Of a DNA stretch of 64,000 bases, positions 12,518-30,600 are shown piece by piece. Position 1 is the first letter of the stretch. Every line of letters starts with the position of its first letter. Origin of the DNA: Bugula neritina. Taxonomy: Eukaryota > Animalia > Bryozoa. The DNA lies in NCBI GenBank assembly GCA_964035545.1, contig CAXIUT010000230.1:1550001-1614000 (forward strand), in the 5' to 3' direction. The notes below the pieces were generated by a model. The model saw only the letters and a program-made list of their open reading frames with translations, did not search any database and was not told the origin of the DNA. The translations under genes were made by a program, and so were the position numbers.

Positions 12518-15500
12518 GTCTTAAAATACACTGTAATAACTGAAATACACTGCATTACATTGAAAATACTGCAACATACTGAAAGATACGGCAACATACT
12601 GAAATATACTGCAACATTCTGAATTACACTATAACATATTGAAATATACTGCAACATACTGAATTACATTCTAACAAACTGAAATATGCTGTAGCAGACT
12701 GAATTACACTGCAACACACTGAAGTATACTGTAATATACTGAAATGTACTGCGACATACTGAATTATACTGCAACATACTGCAACATACTGAAATACACT
12801 GTAACATAATGAAATATGCTGTAGCACACTGAAATACACTGCAACACACTGAAGTATACTGTAATATACTGAAATGTACTGCAACATACGGGAATATACT
12901 GTAACACACTGAAATATACTCTAACATACCAAAATACACTGTAACATACTGAAATAAACTGCAACATACTGCAACATACTGAATTACACTTGAACATAAT
13001 GAAATACACTGGAACACATTGAAATATACTGCAACATACCAAAATGACTGGTAAACTAGTGAAATATATTGTAACATAATGAAACATACCGGAACATACT
13101 GCAACATAATAAAATATACTGTAACACACTGAAATATGCTACAAGATACTGAAATATACTGTAACATACTGAAACGTACGCAACATACTGAAATACACTG
13201 CAACATACTGAAATATACTGCAAGATACTGCAACATACTTAAATACACTGAAATACACTGTAACATATTGAAATACATTGCAAAACATCGAAATACACTG
13301 CAACATACTGAATTATGCTGTAGCATACTGAAAGACACTACAACTCACTGAAGGATAGTGTGATATACGGAAATGTACTGCAACATGCCCAAATATACTG
13401 CAACACACTGAAACATAAGGCAACATACTGAAATCTTTTGCGAAGCATTGAAAAATACTGCAACATGCTAAAATATACTGCAACATACTGCAACATCCTA
13501 AAATACACTGTAACATACTGAAATACACTGCAACACCTTGAAAAATACTGCAACATACTTCAACATACGGCAACATACTAAAATATACTGCAACATACTG
13601 AAATACACTACAACATATTGAAATATACTGCAACATACTGAAATACACTATAACATATTGAAATATGCTGTAGCATACTGAAATACACTGCAACACACTG
13701 GTGTATACCGTTATATACAGAAATGTACTGTAACATACTGAAACATCTGGCAACATACTGAAATGTACTGAAACATACTGAAACATACTGCAACAAACTG
13801 CAACGTAATGATATACACTGAATCAAAATGAAATACACTGCAACACATGGGAATATACTGCAACACACCTAATTATACGGTAATATACTGAAATATACTG
13901 TCACACAATGAAACATACCGGAATATACTGCAACATAATGAAATATACTGTAGCACACTGAAATATACTTCAAGATACAGAAATATACTGTAACATACTG
14001 AAATGTACGCAACCTACTGGAGTACACTGCAACATAGTGATTTATACTGCAACATACTGAAATTCACTGTAACATTTTGAATTACACTGCAGCATACTCC
14101 AACATCCTGAAATACAATGTAACAATTGAAATACACTGCAAAACATCGAAATATACTGCAACACACTGAAATATACTTAAACATACAGAAATATACTGCA
14201 ACATACAGAAATATACTGCAACAGACTGCAACATACTGAGAAACAGTGTAACATACTGAAATAGACTGCAACACATTGGAATATACTGCAACATACTGAA
14301 ATATGCTGCCACACACTGAAGTATACTGTAATATACAGAAATGTACTGTAACATACTGTAACATACTGAAACATACGGCAAAATACTGAAACGTACTGCA
14401 ACATACTGTAGCACACTGAAATATACTTCACGATACAGAAATATACTGTAACATACTGAAATATGCTCTAGCATACTGAAATACACTGCAACACAGTGGA
14501 GTATACTGTAATACACTGAAATGTTATGCAACGTACTGAAAAATAATGCAACGCGTTGAATTACACTATAACATACTGAAATATACCGCAACATACTGAA
14601 ATGTAGTGTAATATACAGAAATGAACTGTAACATACTGAATCATACTGTAACACACTGAAACATACTCTAACATACCGAAATAGACTGTAACATACTGAA
14701 ATATACTGCAACATACTGAAATGTACTGCAACATACTGAAATATGCTGTAGCATATTGAAAGACACTACAACTCACTGAAGTATAGTGTAATATACGGGA
14801 ATGTACTGCAACATGCCGAAATTAACTGCAACATACTGAAATACACTGGAACATTTTGATATGCACTGCAACACATTGAAATATACTGCAACACACTGAA
14901 ACATAAGGCAACATAGTGAAATATACTGCGACACATTGAAATATACTGCGACATACTAAAATATACTGCAACATACTGCAGCATCCTAAAATACACTGTA
15001 ACATACTGAAATACACTGCAACACCTTGAAAAATACTGCAACATACTTAAACATACTGCAACATACAACCTACTGAAATATACTGCAACATACTAAAATA
15101 CACTATAACATATTGAAATATACTGCAACATACTGAAATACACTATAACATATTGAAGTATGCTGTAGCATACTGAAATACACTGCCACACACTGAAGTA
15201 TACTGTAATATACAGAAATGTACTGTAACATACTGAAACACACGGCAACATACTGAAATGTACTGCAACATACTGAAATATACTGCAACATACTGAAACG
15301 TACGCAACATACTGAAATACGCTTCAACATACTGTAATATACTGCAAGATACTGCAAAACACTGAGTACACTGTGTCATACTGAAATACACTGCAACATA
15401 CTGCAAGATATTGCTACATACCGAAATACACTGTAACATATTGAAATACACTGCATCATACTGCAACATACTGAAATACACTGAAACATATTGATATACA

Positions 15501-18500
15501 CTGCAACACCTTGAAATATGCTGCAACACACTGAAACGTAAGGCAACATACTGAAATATACTGCGACACATTGAAATATACTGCAACATACTGAAATATA
15601 CTGCAACATACTGAAATACACTATAACATATTGAAATATACTGCAACATACTGAAATACACTATAACATATTGAAATATGCTGTAGCATACTGAAATACA
15701 CTGCAACAAACTGGTGTATACTGTTGTATACAGAAATGTACTGTAACATACTGAAACATACGGCAACATACTGAAATGTACTGAAACATACTGAAATATA
15801 ATGCAACAAACTGCAACGCACTGATATACACTGAATCATAATGAAATACACTGCAACACATGGGAATATACTGCAACACACCTAATTATACAGTAATATA
15901 CTGAAATATACTGTCACACAATGAAACATACCGGAATATACTGAAACATAATGAAATATACTGTAGCACACTGAAATATACTTCACGATACAGAAATATA
16001 CTGTAACATACTGAAATGTACGCAACATACTGGAGTATACTGCAACATAGTGATTTATACTGCAACATACTGAAATTCACTGTAACATTTTGAATTACAC
16101 TGCAGCATACTCCAACATCCTGAAATACAATGTAACAATTGAAATACACTGCAAAACATCGAAATATACTGCAACACACTGAAATATACTTAAACATACA
16201 GAAATATACTGCAACATACAGAAATATACTGCAACAGACTGCAACATCCTGAGAAACAGTCTAACATACTGAAATAGACTGCAACACATTGGAATATACT
16301 GCAACATACTGAAATATGCTGTAGCATACTGAAAAACACTACAACTCACTGAAGTATGGTGTAATATACGGAAAAGTACTGTGATATGCCGAAATATACC
16401 GCAACATACTGAAATACACTACAACATACTGCAACATACTGAAATACACTGGAACATATTGAAATAAACTGCGACACATTGAATTATACTGCAACATACT
16501 GAAGTATACTGTAATACACCGAAATATAATGCAACATACTGAATTATACTGCAACTTAATGCAACATACTGAAATACACTACAACATACTGCAACATACT
16601 GAAATACACTGTGATACACTGAAATACACTGCAACATACTGCAATATACTGCAACATACTGAAGTAAACTGAGACACATTAAAATATATCGCAACCTACT
16701 GAAATATACTGCAACATACTGCAACATACTAAAATACACTGCAACATACTGCAACATACCACAACATACTGAAATATACTGCGACGCATTGAAATATACT
16801 GCAACATACTGAAGTATACTGCAACATACTGCAACATACTAAAACACACTGCAACATACTGAAATACATTGCAACACATTAAAACATACTGCAACATACT
16901 GCAACATACTAAAACACACTGCAACATACTGAAATACATTGCAACACATTAAAACATACTGCAACATACTGAAACGTACTGCAACATACTGAAATATACT
17001 GCAACATACTGAAATACTCTATAACATATTGAAATATACTGCAACATGCTGAATTACACTCTAACATACTGAAATATGCTGTAGCATACTGAAATACACT
17101 GCACCACATTGAAATATACTGCAGCATACCGAAATGAATGGTAAACTAACAAAATAAACTGTAACATAATGAAACATACCGGAACATACTGCTACATAAT
17201 AAAATATACTGTAACGCACTGAAATACACTGCAAGATACTGAAATATACTGCAACATACTGAAACGTACGCAACATACTAAAATACGCCGCAGCATACCG
17301 TAATATACTGCAAGATACTGCAAAACACTGAGTACACTGTGTCATACTGAAATACACTGCAACATACTGCAAGATATTGCAACATACTGAAATACACTGT
17401 AACATATTGAAATACATTGCATCATACTGCAACATACTGAATGACTTTGAAACAAATTGATATACACTACAACACATTGAAATACACTGCAACACACGGA
17501 AACATAAGCCAACATACTGAAATATACTGCGACACATTGAAATATACTGCAACATACTAAAATATACTCCAACATACTGCAACGTCTTAAAATACACTGT
17601 AACATACTGAAATACACTGCATTACATTGAAAATTACTGCAACATACTGAAAGATACGGCAACATACTGAAATATACTGCAACATACTGAAATACACTAT
17701 AACATATTGAAATATGCTGTAGCATACTGAAATACACTACAACACACTGGTGTATACTGTTATATGCAGAAATGTACTGTAACAGACTGAAACATACGGC
17801 AACATACTGAAATGTACTGAAACATACTGAAATATACTGCAACAAACTGATATACACTGGAACTTACTGAAATATACTGCGACACATTAAAATATACAGT
17901 AACATACTGAAATATACTTCAACATACTGCAACATACTAAAATACACTGTAACATACTGAAATACATTGCAACACATTGAAATATACTGCAACATACTGA
18001 AATATACTGCAACATTCTGAATTACACTATAACATATTGAAATATACTGCAACATACTGGATTACATTCTAACAAACTGAAATATGCTGTAGCATACTGA
18101 ATTACACTGCAACACACTGAAGTATAGTGTAATATACTGAAATGTACTGCGACATACTGAATTATACTGCAACATACTGCAACATACTGAAATACACTGT
18201 AACATAATGAAATATGCTGTAGCGCACTGAAATACACTGCAACACACTGAAGTATACTGTAATATACTGAAATGTACTGCAACATACTGGAATATACTGT
18301 AACACACTGAAATATACTCTAACATACCAAAACACACTGTAACATACTGAAATAAACTGCAACATACTGCAACATACTGAATTACACTTGAACATAATGA
18401 AATACACTGAAACACATTGAAATATACTGCAACATACCAAAATGAATGGTAAACTAGTGAAATATACTGTAACATTATGAAACATACCGGAACATACTGC

Positions 18501-19699
18501 AACATAATAAAATATACTGTAACACACTGAAATATGCTACAAGATACTGAAATATACTGTAACATACTGAAACGTGCGCAACATACTGAAATACGCTGCA
18601 ACATACTGAAATATACTGCAAGATACTGCAACATACTGAAATACACTGAAATACACTGTAACATATTGAAATACATTGCAAAACATCGAAATACACTGCA
18701 ACATACTGAAATATGCTGTAGCATACTGAAAGACACTACAACTCACTGAAGGATAGTTTGATATACGGAAATGTACTGCAACATGCCCCAATATACTGCA
18801 ACACACTGAAACATAAGGCAACATACTGAAATATTTTGCGAAGCATTGAAAAATACTGCAACATCCTAAAATACACTGTAACATACTGAAATACACTGCA
18901 ACACCTTGAAAAATACTGCAACATACTTCAACATACGGCAACATACTAAAATATACTGCAACATACTGAAATACACTACAACATATTGAAATATACTGCA
19001 ACATACTGAAATACACTATAACATATTGAAATATGCCGTAGCATACTGAAATGCACTGCAACACACTGGTGTATACTGTTATATACAGAAATGTACTGTA
19101 ACATACTGAAACATCTGGCAACATACTGAAATGTACTGAAACATACTGAAACATACTGCAACAAACTGCAACGTAATGATATACACTGAATCATAATGAA
19201 ATACACTGCAACACATGGGAAGATACTGCAACACACCTAATTATACGGTAATACACTGAAATATACTGTCACACAATGAAACATACCGGAATATGCTGCA
19301 ACATAATGAAATATACTGTAGCACACTGAAATATACTTCAAAATACAGAAATATACTGTAACATACTGAAATGTACGCAACATACTGGAGTACACTGCAA
19401 CATAGTGATTTATACTGCAACATACTGAAATTCACTGTAACATTTTGAATTACACTGCAGCATACTCCAACATCCTGAAATACAATGTAACAATTGAAAT
19501 ACACTGCCAAACATCGAAATATACTGCAACACACTGAAATATACTTAAACATACAGAAATATACTGCAACATACAGAAATATACTGCAACAGACTGCAAC
19601 ATACTGAGAGACAGTGTAACATACTGAAATCGACTGCAACACATTGGAATATACTGCAACATACTGAAATATGCTGCCACACACTGAAGTATACTGTAA

Positions 19700-22600
19700 T
19701 ATACAGAAATGTACTGTAACATACTGAAATATACTGCAACAAAGTGCAACATACTGAAATACACTCTAACATATTGAAATACACTGCGACACATTAAAAT
19801 ATACTGCAAAACACTGAAACAAACGGCAACCTGCCGAATTATACTGCGATACGTTGAAATATACCGCAACATACTGAAATATATTGCAAGTGGTGCAACA
19901 TACTGAAATACACTGTGACACACTGAAATACACTGCAACATACTGAAACATACTGCAACATTATGAAATACACTGTAACATATTGAAATACACTGCAACA
20001 TACTGCAACATACTGAAATACACTGGAACTTACTGAAATATACTGCGACACTTTAAAATATACTGTAACATACTGAAATATACTTCAACATACTGCAACA
20101 TGCTAAAATACACTGTAACATACTGAAATACATTGCAACACATTGAAATATACTGCAACATACTGAAACATACTGCAACATACTGAAATATACTGCAACA
20201 TACTGAATTACACTATAACATATTGAAATATAATGCAACATACTGAATAACACTCTAACACACTGAACTAGGCTGTAGCATACTGAAATACACTGCCACA
20301 CACTGAAGTATACTGTAATATACAGAAATGTAATGTAACATACTGAAACACACGGCAACATACTGAAATGTACTGTAACATACTGAAATATACTGCAACG
20401 TAGTGCAACGTACTGAAATACACTGTAACATAATGAATTACATTGCAACACATTAAAACATACTGCAACATAATGAAACATACTGCAACATACTGAAATA
20501 TACTGCAACATACTGAATTACACTCTAACATACTGAAATATGCTCTAGCATACTGAAATACACTGCAACACAGTGGAGTATACTGTAATACACTGAAATG
20601 TTATGCAACGTACTGAAAAATAATGCAACGCGTTGAATTACACTATAACATACTGAAATATACCAAACATACTGAAATGTAGTGTAATATACAGAAATGA
20701 ACTGTAACATACTGAATTATACTGTAACACACTGAAACATACTCTAACATACCGAAATAGACTGTAACATACTGAAATATACTGCAACATAGTGAAATGT
20801 ACTGCAACATACTGAAATATGCTGTAGCATATTGAAAAACACTACAACTCACTGAAGTATAGTGTAATATACGGGAATGTACTGCAACATGCCGAAATAA
20901 ACTGCAACATACTGAAATACACTGGAACATATTGATATGCATTTCAACACATTGAAATATACTGCAACACACTGAAACATAAGGCAACATAGTGAAATAT
21001 ACTGCGACACATTGAAATATACTGCAACATACTAAAATATACTGCAACATACTGCAGCATCCTAAAATACACTGTAACATACTGAAATACACTGCAACAC
21101 CTTGAAAAATACTGCAACATACTTAAACATACTGCAACATACAACCTACTGAAATATACTGCAACATACTAAAATACACTATAACGTATTGAAACATACT
21201 GCAACATACTGAAATACACTATAACATATTGAAATATGCTGTAGCATACTGAAATACACTGCCACACACTGAAGTATACTGTAATATACAGAAATGTACT
21301 GTAACATACTGAAACACACGGCAACATACTGAAATGTACTGCAACATACTGAAATATACTGCAACATACTGAAACGTACGCAACATACTGAAATACGCTT
21401 CAACATACTGTAATATACTGCAAGATACTGCAAAACACTGAGTACACTGTGTCATACTGAAATACACTGCAACATACTGCAAGATATTGCTACATACTGA
21501 ATTACACTGTAACATATTGAAATACACTGCATCATACTGCAACATACTGAAATACACTGAAACATATTGATATACACTGCAACACATTGAAATATACTGC
21601 AACACACTGAAACGTAAGGCGACATACTGAAATATACTGCGACACATTGAAATATACTGCAACATACTAGAATATACTCCAACATACTGCAACTTCCTAA
21701 AATACACTGTAACATACTGAAATACACTGCATTACATTGAAAATTACTGCAACATACTGAAACATACGGCAACATACTGAAATATACTGCAACATACTGA
21801 AATACACTATAACATATTGAAATATACTGCAATATACTGAAATACACTATAACATATTGAAATATGCTGTAGCATACTGAAATACACTGCAACAAACTGG
21901 TGTATACTGTTATATACAGAAATGTACTGTAACATACTGAAACATACGGCAACATACTGAAATGTACTGAAACATACTGAAATATAATGCAACAAACTGC
22001 AACGTACTGATATACACTGAACCATAATGAAATACACTGCAACACATCGGAATATACTGCAACACACCTAATTATACGGTAATATACTGAAAAATACTGT
22101 CACACAATGAAAAATACCGGAATATACTGCAACATAATGAAATATACTGTAGCACACTGAAATATACTTCACGATACAGAAATATACTGTAACATACTGA
22201 AATGTCTGCAACATACTGGAGTACACTGCAACATAGTGATTTATACTGCAACATACTGAAATTCACTCTAACATTTTGAATTACACTGCAGCATACTCCA
22301 ACATCCTGAAATACAATGTAACAATTGAAATACACTGCAAAACATCGAAATATACTGCAACACACCGAAATATACTTAAACATACAGAAATATACTGCAA
22401 CATACAGAAATATACTGCAACAGACTGCAACATACTGAGAGACAGTGTAACACACTGAAATAGACTGCAACACATTGGAATATACTGCAACATACTGAAA
22501 TATGCTGCCACACACTGAAGTATACTGTAATATACAGAACGGTACTGTAACATACTGTAACATACTGAAACATACGGCAAAATACTGAAATGTACTGCAA

Positions 22601-25600
22601 CATACTGAAATATACTGCAACAAAGTGCAACATACTGAAATACACTGTAACTTATTGAAATACACTGCGACACATTAAAATATACTGCAACACACTGAAA
22701 CATACGGCAACCTGCCGAATTATACTGCGATACGTTGAAATATACTGCAACATACTGAAATATGTTGCAAGTGGTGCGACATACTGAAATACACTGTGAC
22801 ACACTGAAATACACTGCAACATACTGAAACATACTGCAACATTATGAAATACACTGTAACATATTGAAATACACTGCAACATACTGCAACATACTGAAAT
22901 ACACTGGAACTTACTGAAATATACTGCGACACTTTAAAATATACTGTAACATACTGAAATATACTTCAACTTACTGCAACATACTAAAATACACTGTAAC
23001 ATACTGAAATACATTGCAACACATTGAAATATACTGCAACATACTGGAACATACTGCAACATACTGAAATATACTGCAACATACTGAATTACACTATAAC
23101 ATATTGAAATATAATGCAACATACTGAATAACACTCTAACATACTGAACTAGGCTGTAGCATACTGAAATACACTGCCACACACCGAAGTATACTGTAAT
23201 ATACAGAAATGTAATGTAACATACTGAAACACACGGCAACATACTGAAATGTACTGTAACATACTGAAATATACTGCAATGTAGTGCAACGTACTGAAAT
23301 ATACTGTAACATAATGAATTACATTGCAACACATTAAAACATACTGCAACATAATGAAACATACTGCAACATACTGAAATATACTGCAACATACTGAATT
23401 ACACTCTAACATACTGAAATATGCTCTAGCATACTGAAATACACTGCAACACAGTGGAGTATACTGTAATACACTGAAATGTTATGCAACGTACTGAAAA
23501 ATAATGCAACGCGTTGAATTACACTATAACATACTGAAATATACCGAACATACTGAAATGTAGTGTAATATACAGAAATGAACTGTAACATACTGAATTA
23601 TACTGTAACACACTGAAACATACTCTAACATACCGAAATAGACTGTAACATACTGAAATATACTGCAACATACTGAAATGTACTGCAACATACCGAAATA
23701 TGCTGTAGCATATTGAAAGACACTACAACTCACTGAAGTATAGTGTAATATACGGGAATGTACTGCAACATGCCGAAATAAACTGGAACATACTGAAATA
23801 CACTGGAACATATTGATATGCACTGCAACACATTGAAATATACTGCAACACACTGAAACATAAGGCAACATAGTGAAATATACTGCGACACATTGAAATA
23901 TACTGCAACATACTAAAATATACTGCAACATACTGCAGCATCCTAAAATACACTGTAACATACTGAAATACACTGCAACACCTTGAAAAATACTGCAACA
24001 TACTTAAACATACTGCAACATACAACATACTGAAATATACTGCAACATACTAAAATACACTATAACGTATTGAAACATACTGCAACATACTGAAATACAC
24101 TATAACATAATGAAATATGCTGTAGCATACTGAAATACACTGCCACACACTGAAGTATACTGTAATATACAGAAATGTACTGTAACATACTGAAACACAC
24201 GGCAACATACTGAAATGTACTGCAACATACTGAAATATACTGCAACATACTGAAACGTACGCAACATACTGAAATGCGCTTCAACATACTGTAATATACT
24301 GCAAGATACTGCAAAACACTGAGTACACTGTGTCATACTGAAATACACTGCAACATACTGCAAGATATTGCTACATACTGAATTACACTGTAACATATTG
24401 AAATACACTGCATCATACTGCAACATACTGAAATACACTGAAACATATTGATATACACTGCAACACATTGAAATATACTGCAACACACTGAAACGTAAGG
24501 CAACATACTGAAATATACTGCGACACATTGAAATATACTGCAACATACTAGAATATACTCCAACATACTGCAACTTCCTAAAATACACTGTAACATACTG
24601 AAATACACTGCATTACATTGAAAATTACTGCAACATACTGAAACATACGGCAACATACTGAAATATACTGCAACATACTGAAATACACTATAACATATTG
24701 AAATATACTGCAACATACTGAAATACACTATAACATATTGAAATATGCTGTAGCATACTGAAATACACTGCAACAAACTGGTGTATACTGTTATATACAG
24801 AAATGTACTGTAACATACTGAAACATACGGCAACATACTGAAATGTACTGAAACATACTGAAATATAATGCAACAAACTGCAACGTACTGATATACACTG
24901 AACCATAATGAAATACACTGCAACACATGGGAATATACTGCAACACACCTAATTATACGGTAATATACTGAAATATACTGTCACACAATGAAACATACCG
25001 GAATACACAGCAACATAATGAAATATACTGTAGCGCACTGAAATATACTTCACGATACAGAAATATACTGTAACATACTGAAATGTCTGCAACATACTGG
25101 AGTACACTGCAACATAGTGATTTATACTGCAACATACTGAAATTCACTGTAACATTTTGAATTACACTGCAGCATACTCCAACATCCTGAAATACAATGT
25201 AACAATTGAAATACACTGCAAAACATCGAAATATACTGCAACACACTGAAATATACCTAAACATACAGAAATATACTGCAACATACAGAAATATACTGCA
25301 ACAGACTGCAACATACTGAGAAACAGTGTAACATACTGAAATAGACTGCAACACATTGGAATATACTGCAACATACTGAAATATGCTGTAGCATACTGAA
25401 AAACGCTACAACTCACTGAAGTATGGTGTAATATACGGAAAAGTACTGTGACATGCCGAAATATACCGCAACATACTGAAATACACTACAACATACTGCA
25501 ACATACTGAAATACACTGGAACATATTGAAATACACTGCGACACATTGAATTCTACTGCAACATACTGAAGTATACTGTAATACACTGAAATATAATGCA

Positions 25601-27690
25601 ACATACTGAATTATACTGCAACTTAATGCAACATACTGAAATACACTACAACATACTGCAACATACTGAAATACACTGTGATACACTGAAATACACTGCA
25701 ACATACTGCAATATACTGCAACATACTGAAGTAAACTGAGACACATTAAAATATACCGCAACCTACTGAAATATACTGCAACATACTACAACATACTAAA
25801 ATACCCTGCAACATACTGCAACATACTGAAATACACTGGAACATATTGAAATACACTGCGAAACATTAAAATATACTGCAACACACTGAAACATAGGGCA
25901 ACATACCGAAGTATACTGCGACACGTTGAAAAATACTGCAACATACTGAAATATGTTGCAAGTGGTGCGACATACTGAAATACACTGTGACACACTGAAA
26001 TACACTGCAACATACTGAAACATACTGCAACATTATGAAATACACTGTAACATATTGAAATACACTGCAACATACTGCAACATACTGAAATACACTGGAA
26101 CTTACTGAAATATACTGCGACACTTTAAAATATACTGTAACATACTGAAATATACTTCAACTTACTGCAACATACTAAAATACACTGTAACATACTGAAA
26201 TACATTGCAACACATTGAAATATACTGCAACATACTGGAACATACTGCAACATACTGAAATATACTGCAACATACTGAATTACACTATAACATATTGAAA
26301 TATAATGCAACATACTGAATAACACTCTAACATACTGAACTAGGCTGTAGCATACTGAAATACACTGCCACACACTGAAGTATACTGTAATATACAGAAA
26401 TGTAATGTAACATACTGAAACACACGGCAACATACTGAAATGTACTGTAACATACTGAAATATACTGCAATGTAGTGCAACGTACTGAAATATACTGTAA
26501 CATAATGAATTACATTGCAACACATTAAAACATACTGCAACATAATGAAACATACTGCAACATACTGAAATATACTGCAACATACTGAATTACACTCTAA
26601 CATACTGAAATATGCTCTAGCATACTGAAATACACTGCAACACAGTGGAGTATACTGTAATACACTGAAATGTTATGCAACGTACTGAAAAATAATGCAA
26701 CGCGTTGAATTACACTATAACATACTGAAATATACCGAACATACTGAAATGTAGTGTAATATACAGAAATGAACTGTAACATACTGAATTATACTGTAAC
26801 ACACTGAAACATACTCTAACATACCGAAATAGACTGTAACATACTGAAATATACTGCAACATACTGAAATGTACTGCAACATACCGAAATATGCTGTAGC
26901 ATATTGAAAGACACTACAACTCACTGAAGTATAGTGTAATATACGGGAATGTACTGCAACATGCCGAAATCAACTGGAACATACTGAAATACACTGGAAC
27001 ATATTGATATGCACTGCAACACATTGAAATATACTGCAACACACTGAAACATAAGGCAACATAGTGAAATATACTGCGACACATTGAAATATACTGCAAC
27101 ATACTAAAATATACTGCAACATACTGCAGCATCCTAAAATACACTGTAACATACTGAAATACACTGCAACACCTTGAAAAATACTGCAACATACTTAAAC
27201 ATACTGCAACATACAACATACTGAAATATACTGCAACATACTAAAATACACTATAACGTATTGAAACATACTGCAACATACTGAAATACACTATAACATA
27301 ATGAAATATGCTGTAGCATACTGAAATACACTGCCACACACTGAAGTATACTGTAATATACAGAAATGTACTGTAACATACTGAAACACACGGCAACATA
27401 CTGAAATGTACTGCAACATACTGAAATATACTGCAACATACTGAAACGTACGCAACATACTGAAATGCGCTTCAACATACTGTAATATACTGCAAGATAC
27501 TGCAAAACACTGAGTACACTGTGTCATACTGAAATACACTGCAACATACTGCAAGATATTGCTACATACTGAATTACACTGTAACATATTGAAATACACT
27601 GCATCATACTACAACATACTGAAATACACTGAAACATATTGATATACACTGCAACACATTGAAATATACTGCAACACACTGAAACGTAAG
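19700..27690. repeat. Higher-order repeat family 2 (2881 bp, ~289 monomers; one 3191-bp variant)
   Basis: Offsets +2881 (20053/22934, 21179/24060, 22072/24953) and +3191 (22934/26125, 24060/27251). Seven short monomers per unit sum to -9 bp (2890-9=2881). Confidence 0.88.
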
Positions 27691-30600
27691 GACAATACTG
27701 AAATATACTGCAACATACTGAAATACACTATAACATATTGAAATATACTGCAATATACTGAAATACACTATAACATATTGAAATATGCTGTAGCATACTG
27801 AAATACACTGCAACAAACTGGTGTATACTGTAATATACAGAAATGAACTGTAACATACTGTAACATACTGAAACATACGGCAACATACTGGAGTACACTG
27901 CATCATAGTGATTTATACTGCAACCTACTGAAATTCACTGTAACATACTGAAACACACTGCAGCATACTGCAACATCCTGAAATACAATGTAACAATTGA
28001 AATACACTGCAAAACATCGAAATGTACTGCAACACACTGAAATATACTGAAACATACAGAAATATACTGCAACAGACTGCAACATACTGAGAAACAGTGT
28101 AACATACTGAAATAGACTGCAACACATTGGAATATACTGCAACATACTGAAATATGCTGTAGCATACTGAAAAACACTACAACTCACTGAAGTATAGTGC
28201 GATATACGGAAATGTACCACAACATGCCTAAATATACTGCAACATACTGAAAAACACTACAACATACTGCAACATAGTGAAATACACTGGAACATATTGA
28301 AATACACAGCGACACATTGAATTATACTGCAACACACTGAAGTATACTGTAATACACTGAAATATAATGCAACATACTGAATTATACTGCAACATAATGC
28401 AACATACTGAAATACACTACAACATACTGCAACATACTGAAATACACTGTGATACACTGAAATACACTGCAACATACTGCAATATACTGCAACATACTGA
28501 ATTACACTATAACATATTGAAATATAATGCAACATACTGAATAACACTCTAACATACTGAACTAGGCTGTAGCATACTGAAATACACTGCCACACACTGA
28601 AGTATACTGTAATATACAGAAATGTAATGTAACATACTGAAACTTACGGCAACATATTGAAATGTACTGTAACATACTGAAGTATACTGCAATGTAGTGC
28701 AACGTACTGAAATACACTGTAACATAATGAATTACATTGCAACACCTTTAAACATATTGCAACATAATGAAACATACTGCAACATACTGAAATATACTGC
28801 AACATACTGAAACGTACGCAAAATACTGAAATATGCTCTAGCATACTGAAATACACTGCAACACAGTGGAGTATACTGTAATACACTGAAATGTTATGCA
28901 ACGTACTGAAAAATAATGCAACGCGTTGAATTACACTATAACATACTGAAATATACCGCAACATACTGAAATGTAGTGTAATATACAGAAATGAACTGTA
29001 ACATACTGAATTATACTGTAACACATTGAAACATACTCTAACATACCGAAATAGACTGTAACATACTGAAATATACTGCAACACACTGAAATGTACTGCA
29101 ACATACTGAAATATGCTGTAGCATATTGAAAGACACTACAACTCACTGAAGTATAGTGTAATATACGGGAATGTACTGCAACATGCCGAAATAAACTGCA
29201 ACATACTGAAATACACTGGAACATATTGATATGCACTGCAACACATTGAAATATACTGCAACACACTGAAACATAAGGCAACATAGTGAAATATACTGCG
29301 ACACATTGAAATATACTGCAACATACTAAAATATACTGCAACACACTGCAGCATCCTAAAATACACTGTAACATACCGAAATACACTGCAACACCTTGAA
29401 AAATACTGCAACATACTTAAACATACTGCAACATACAACCTACTGAAATATACTGCAACATACTAAAATACACTATAACGTATTGAAATATACTGCAACA
29501 TACTGAAATACACTATAACATATTGAAATATGCTGTAGCATACTGAAATACACTGCCACACACTGAAGTATACTGTAATATACAGAAATGTACTGTAACA
29601 TACTGAAACACACGGCAACATACTGAAATGTACTGCAACATACTGTAATATACTGCAAGATACTGCAAAACACTGAGTACACTGTGTCATACTGAAATAC
29701 ACTGCAACATACTGCAAGATATTGCTACATACTGAATTACACTGTAACATATTGAAATACACTGCATCATACTACAACATACTGAAATACACTGAAACAT
29801 ATTGATATACATTGCAACACATTGAAATATACTGCAACACACTGAAACGTAAGGCAACATACTGAAATATACTGCGACACATTGAAATATTCTGCAACAT
29901 ACTAGAATATACTCCAACATACTGCAACTTCCTAAAATACACTGTAACATACTGAAATACACTGCATTACATTGAAAATTACTGCAACATACTTAAACAT
30001 ACGGCAACATACTGAAATATAATGCAACATACTGAAATACACTATAACATATTGAAACATACTGCAATATACTGAAATACACTATAACATATTGAAATAT
30101 GCTGTAGCATACTGAAATACACTGCAACAAACTGGTGTATACTGTAATATACAGAAATGAACTGTAACATACTGTAACATACTGAAACATACGGCAACAT
30201 ACTGGAGTACACTGCATCATAGTGATTTATACTGCAACCTACTGAAATTCACTGTAACATACTGAAACACACTGCAGCATACTGCAACATCCTGAAATAC
30301 AATGTAACAATTGAAATACACTGCAAAACATCGAAATGTACTGCAACACACTGAAATATACTGAAACATACAGAAATATACTGCAACATACAGAAATATA
30401 CTGCAACAGACTGCAACATACTGAGAAACAGTGTAACATACTGAAATAGACTGCAACACATTGGAATATACTGCAACATACTGAAATATGCTGTAGCATA
30501 CTGAAAAACACTACAACTCACTGAAGTATAGTGCGATATACGGAAATGTACCACAACATGCCTAAATATACTGCAACATACTGAAAAACACTACAACATA

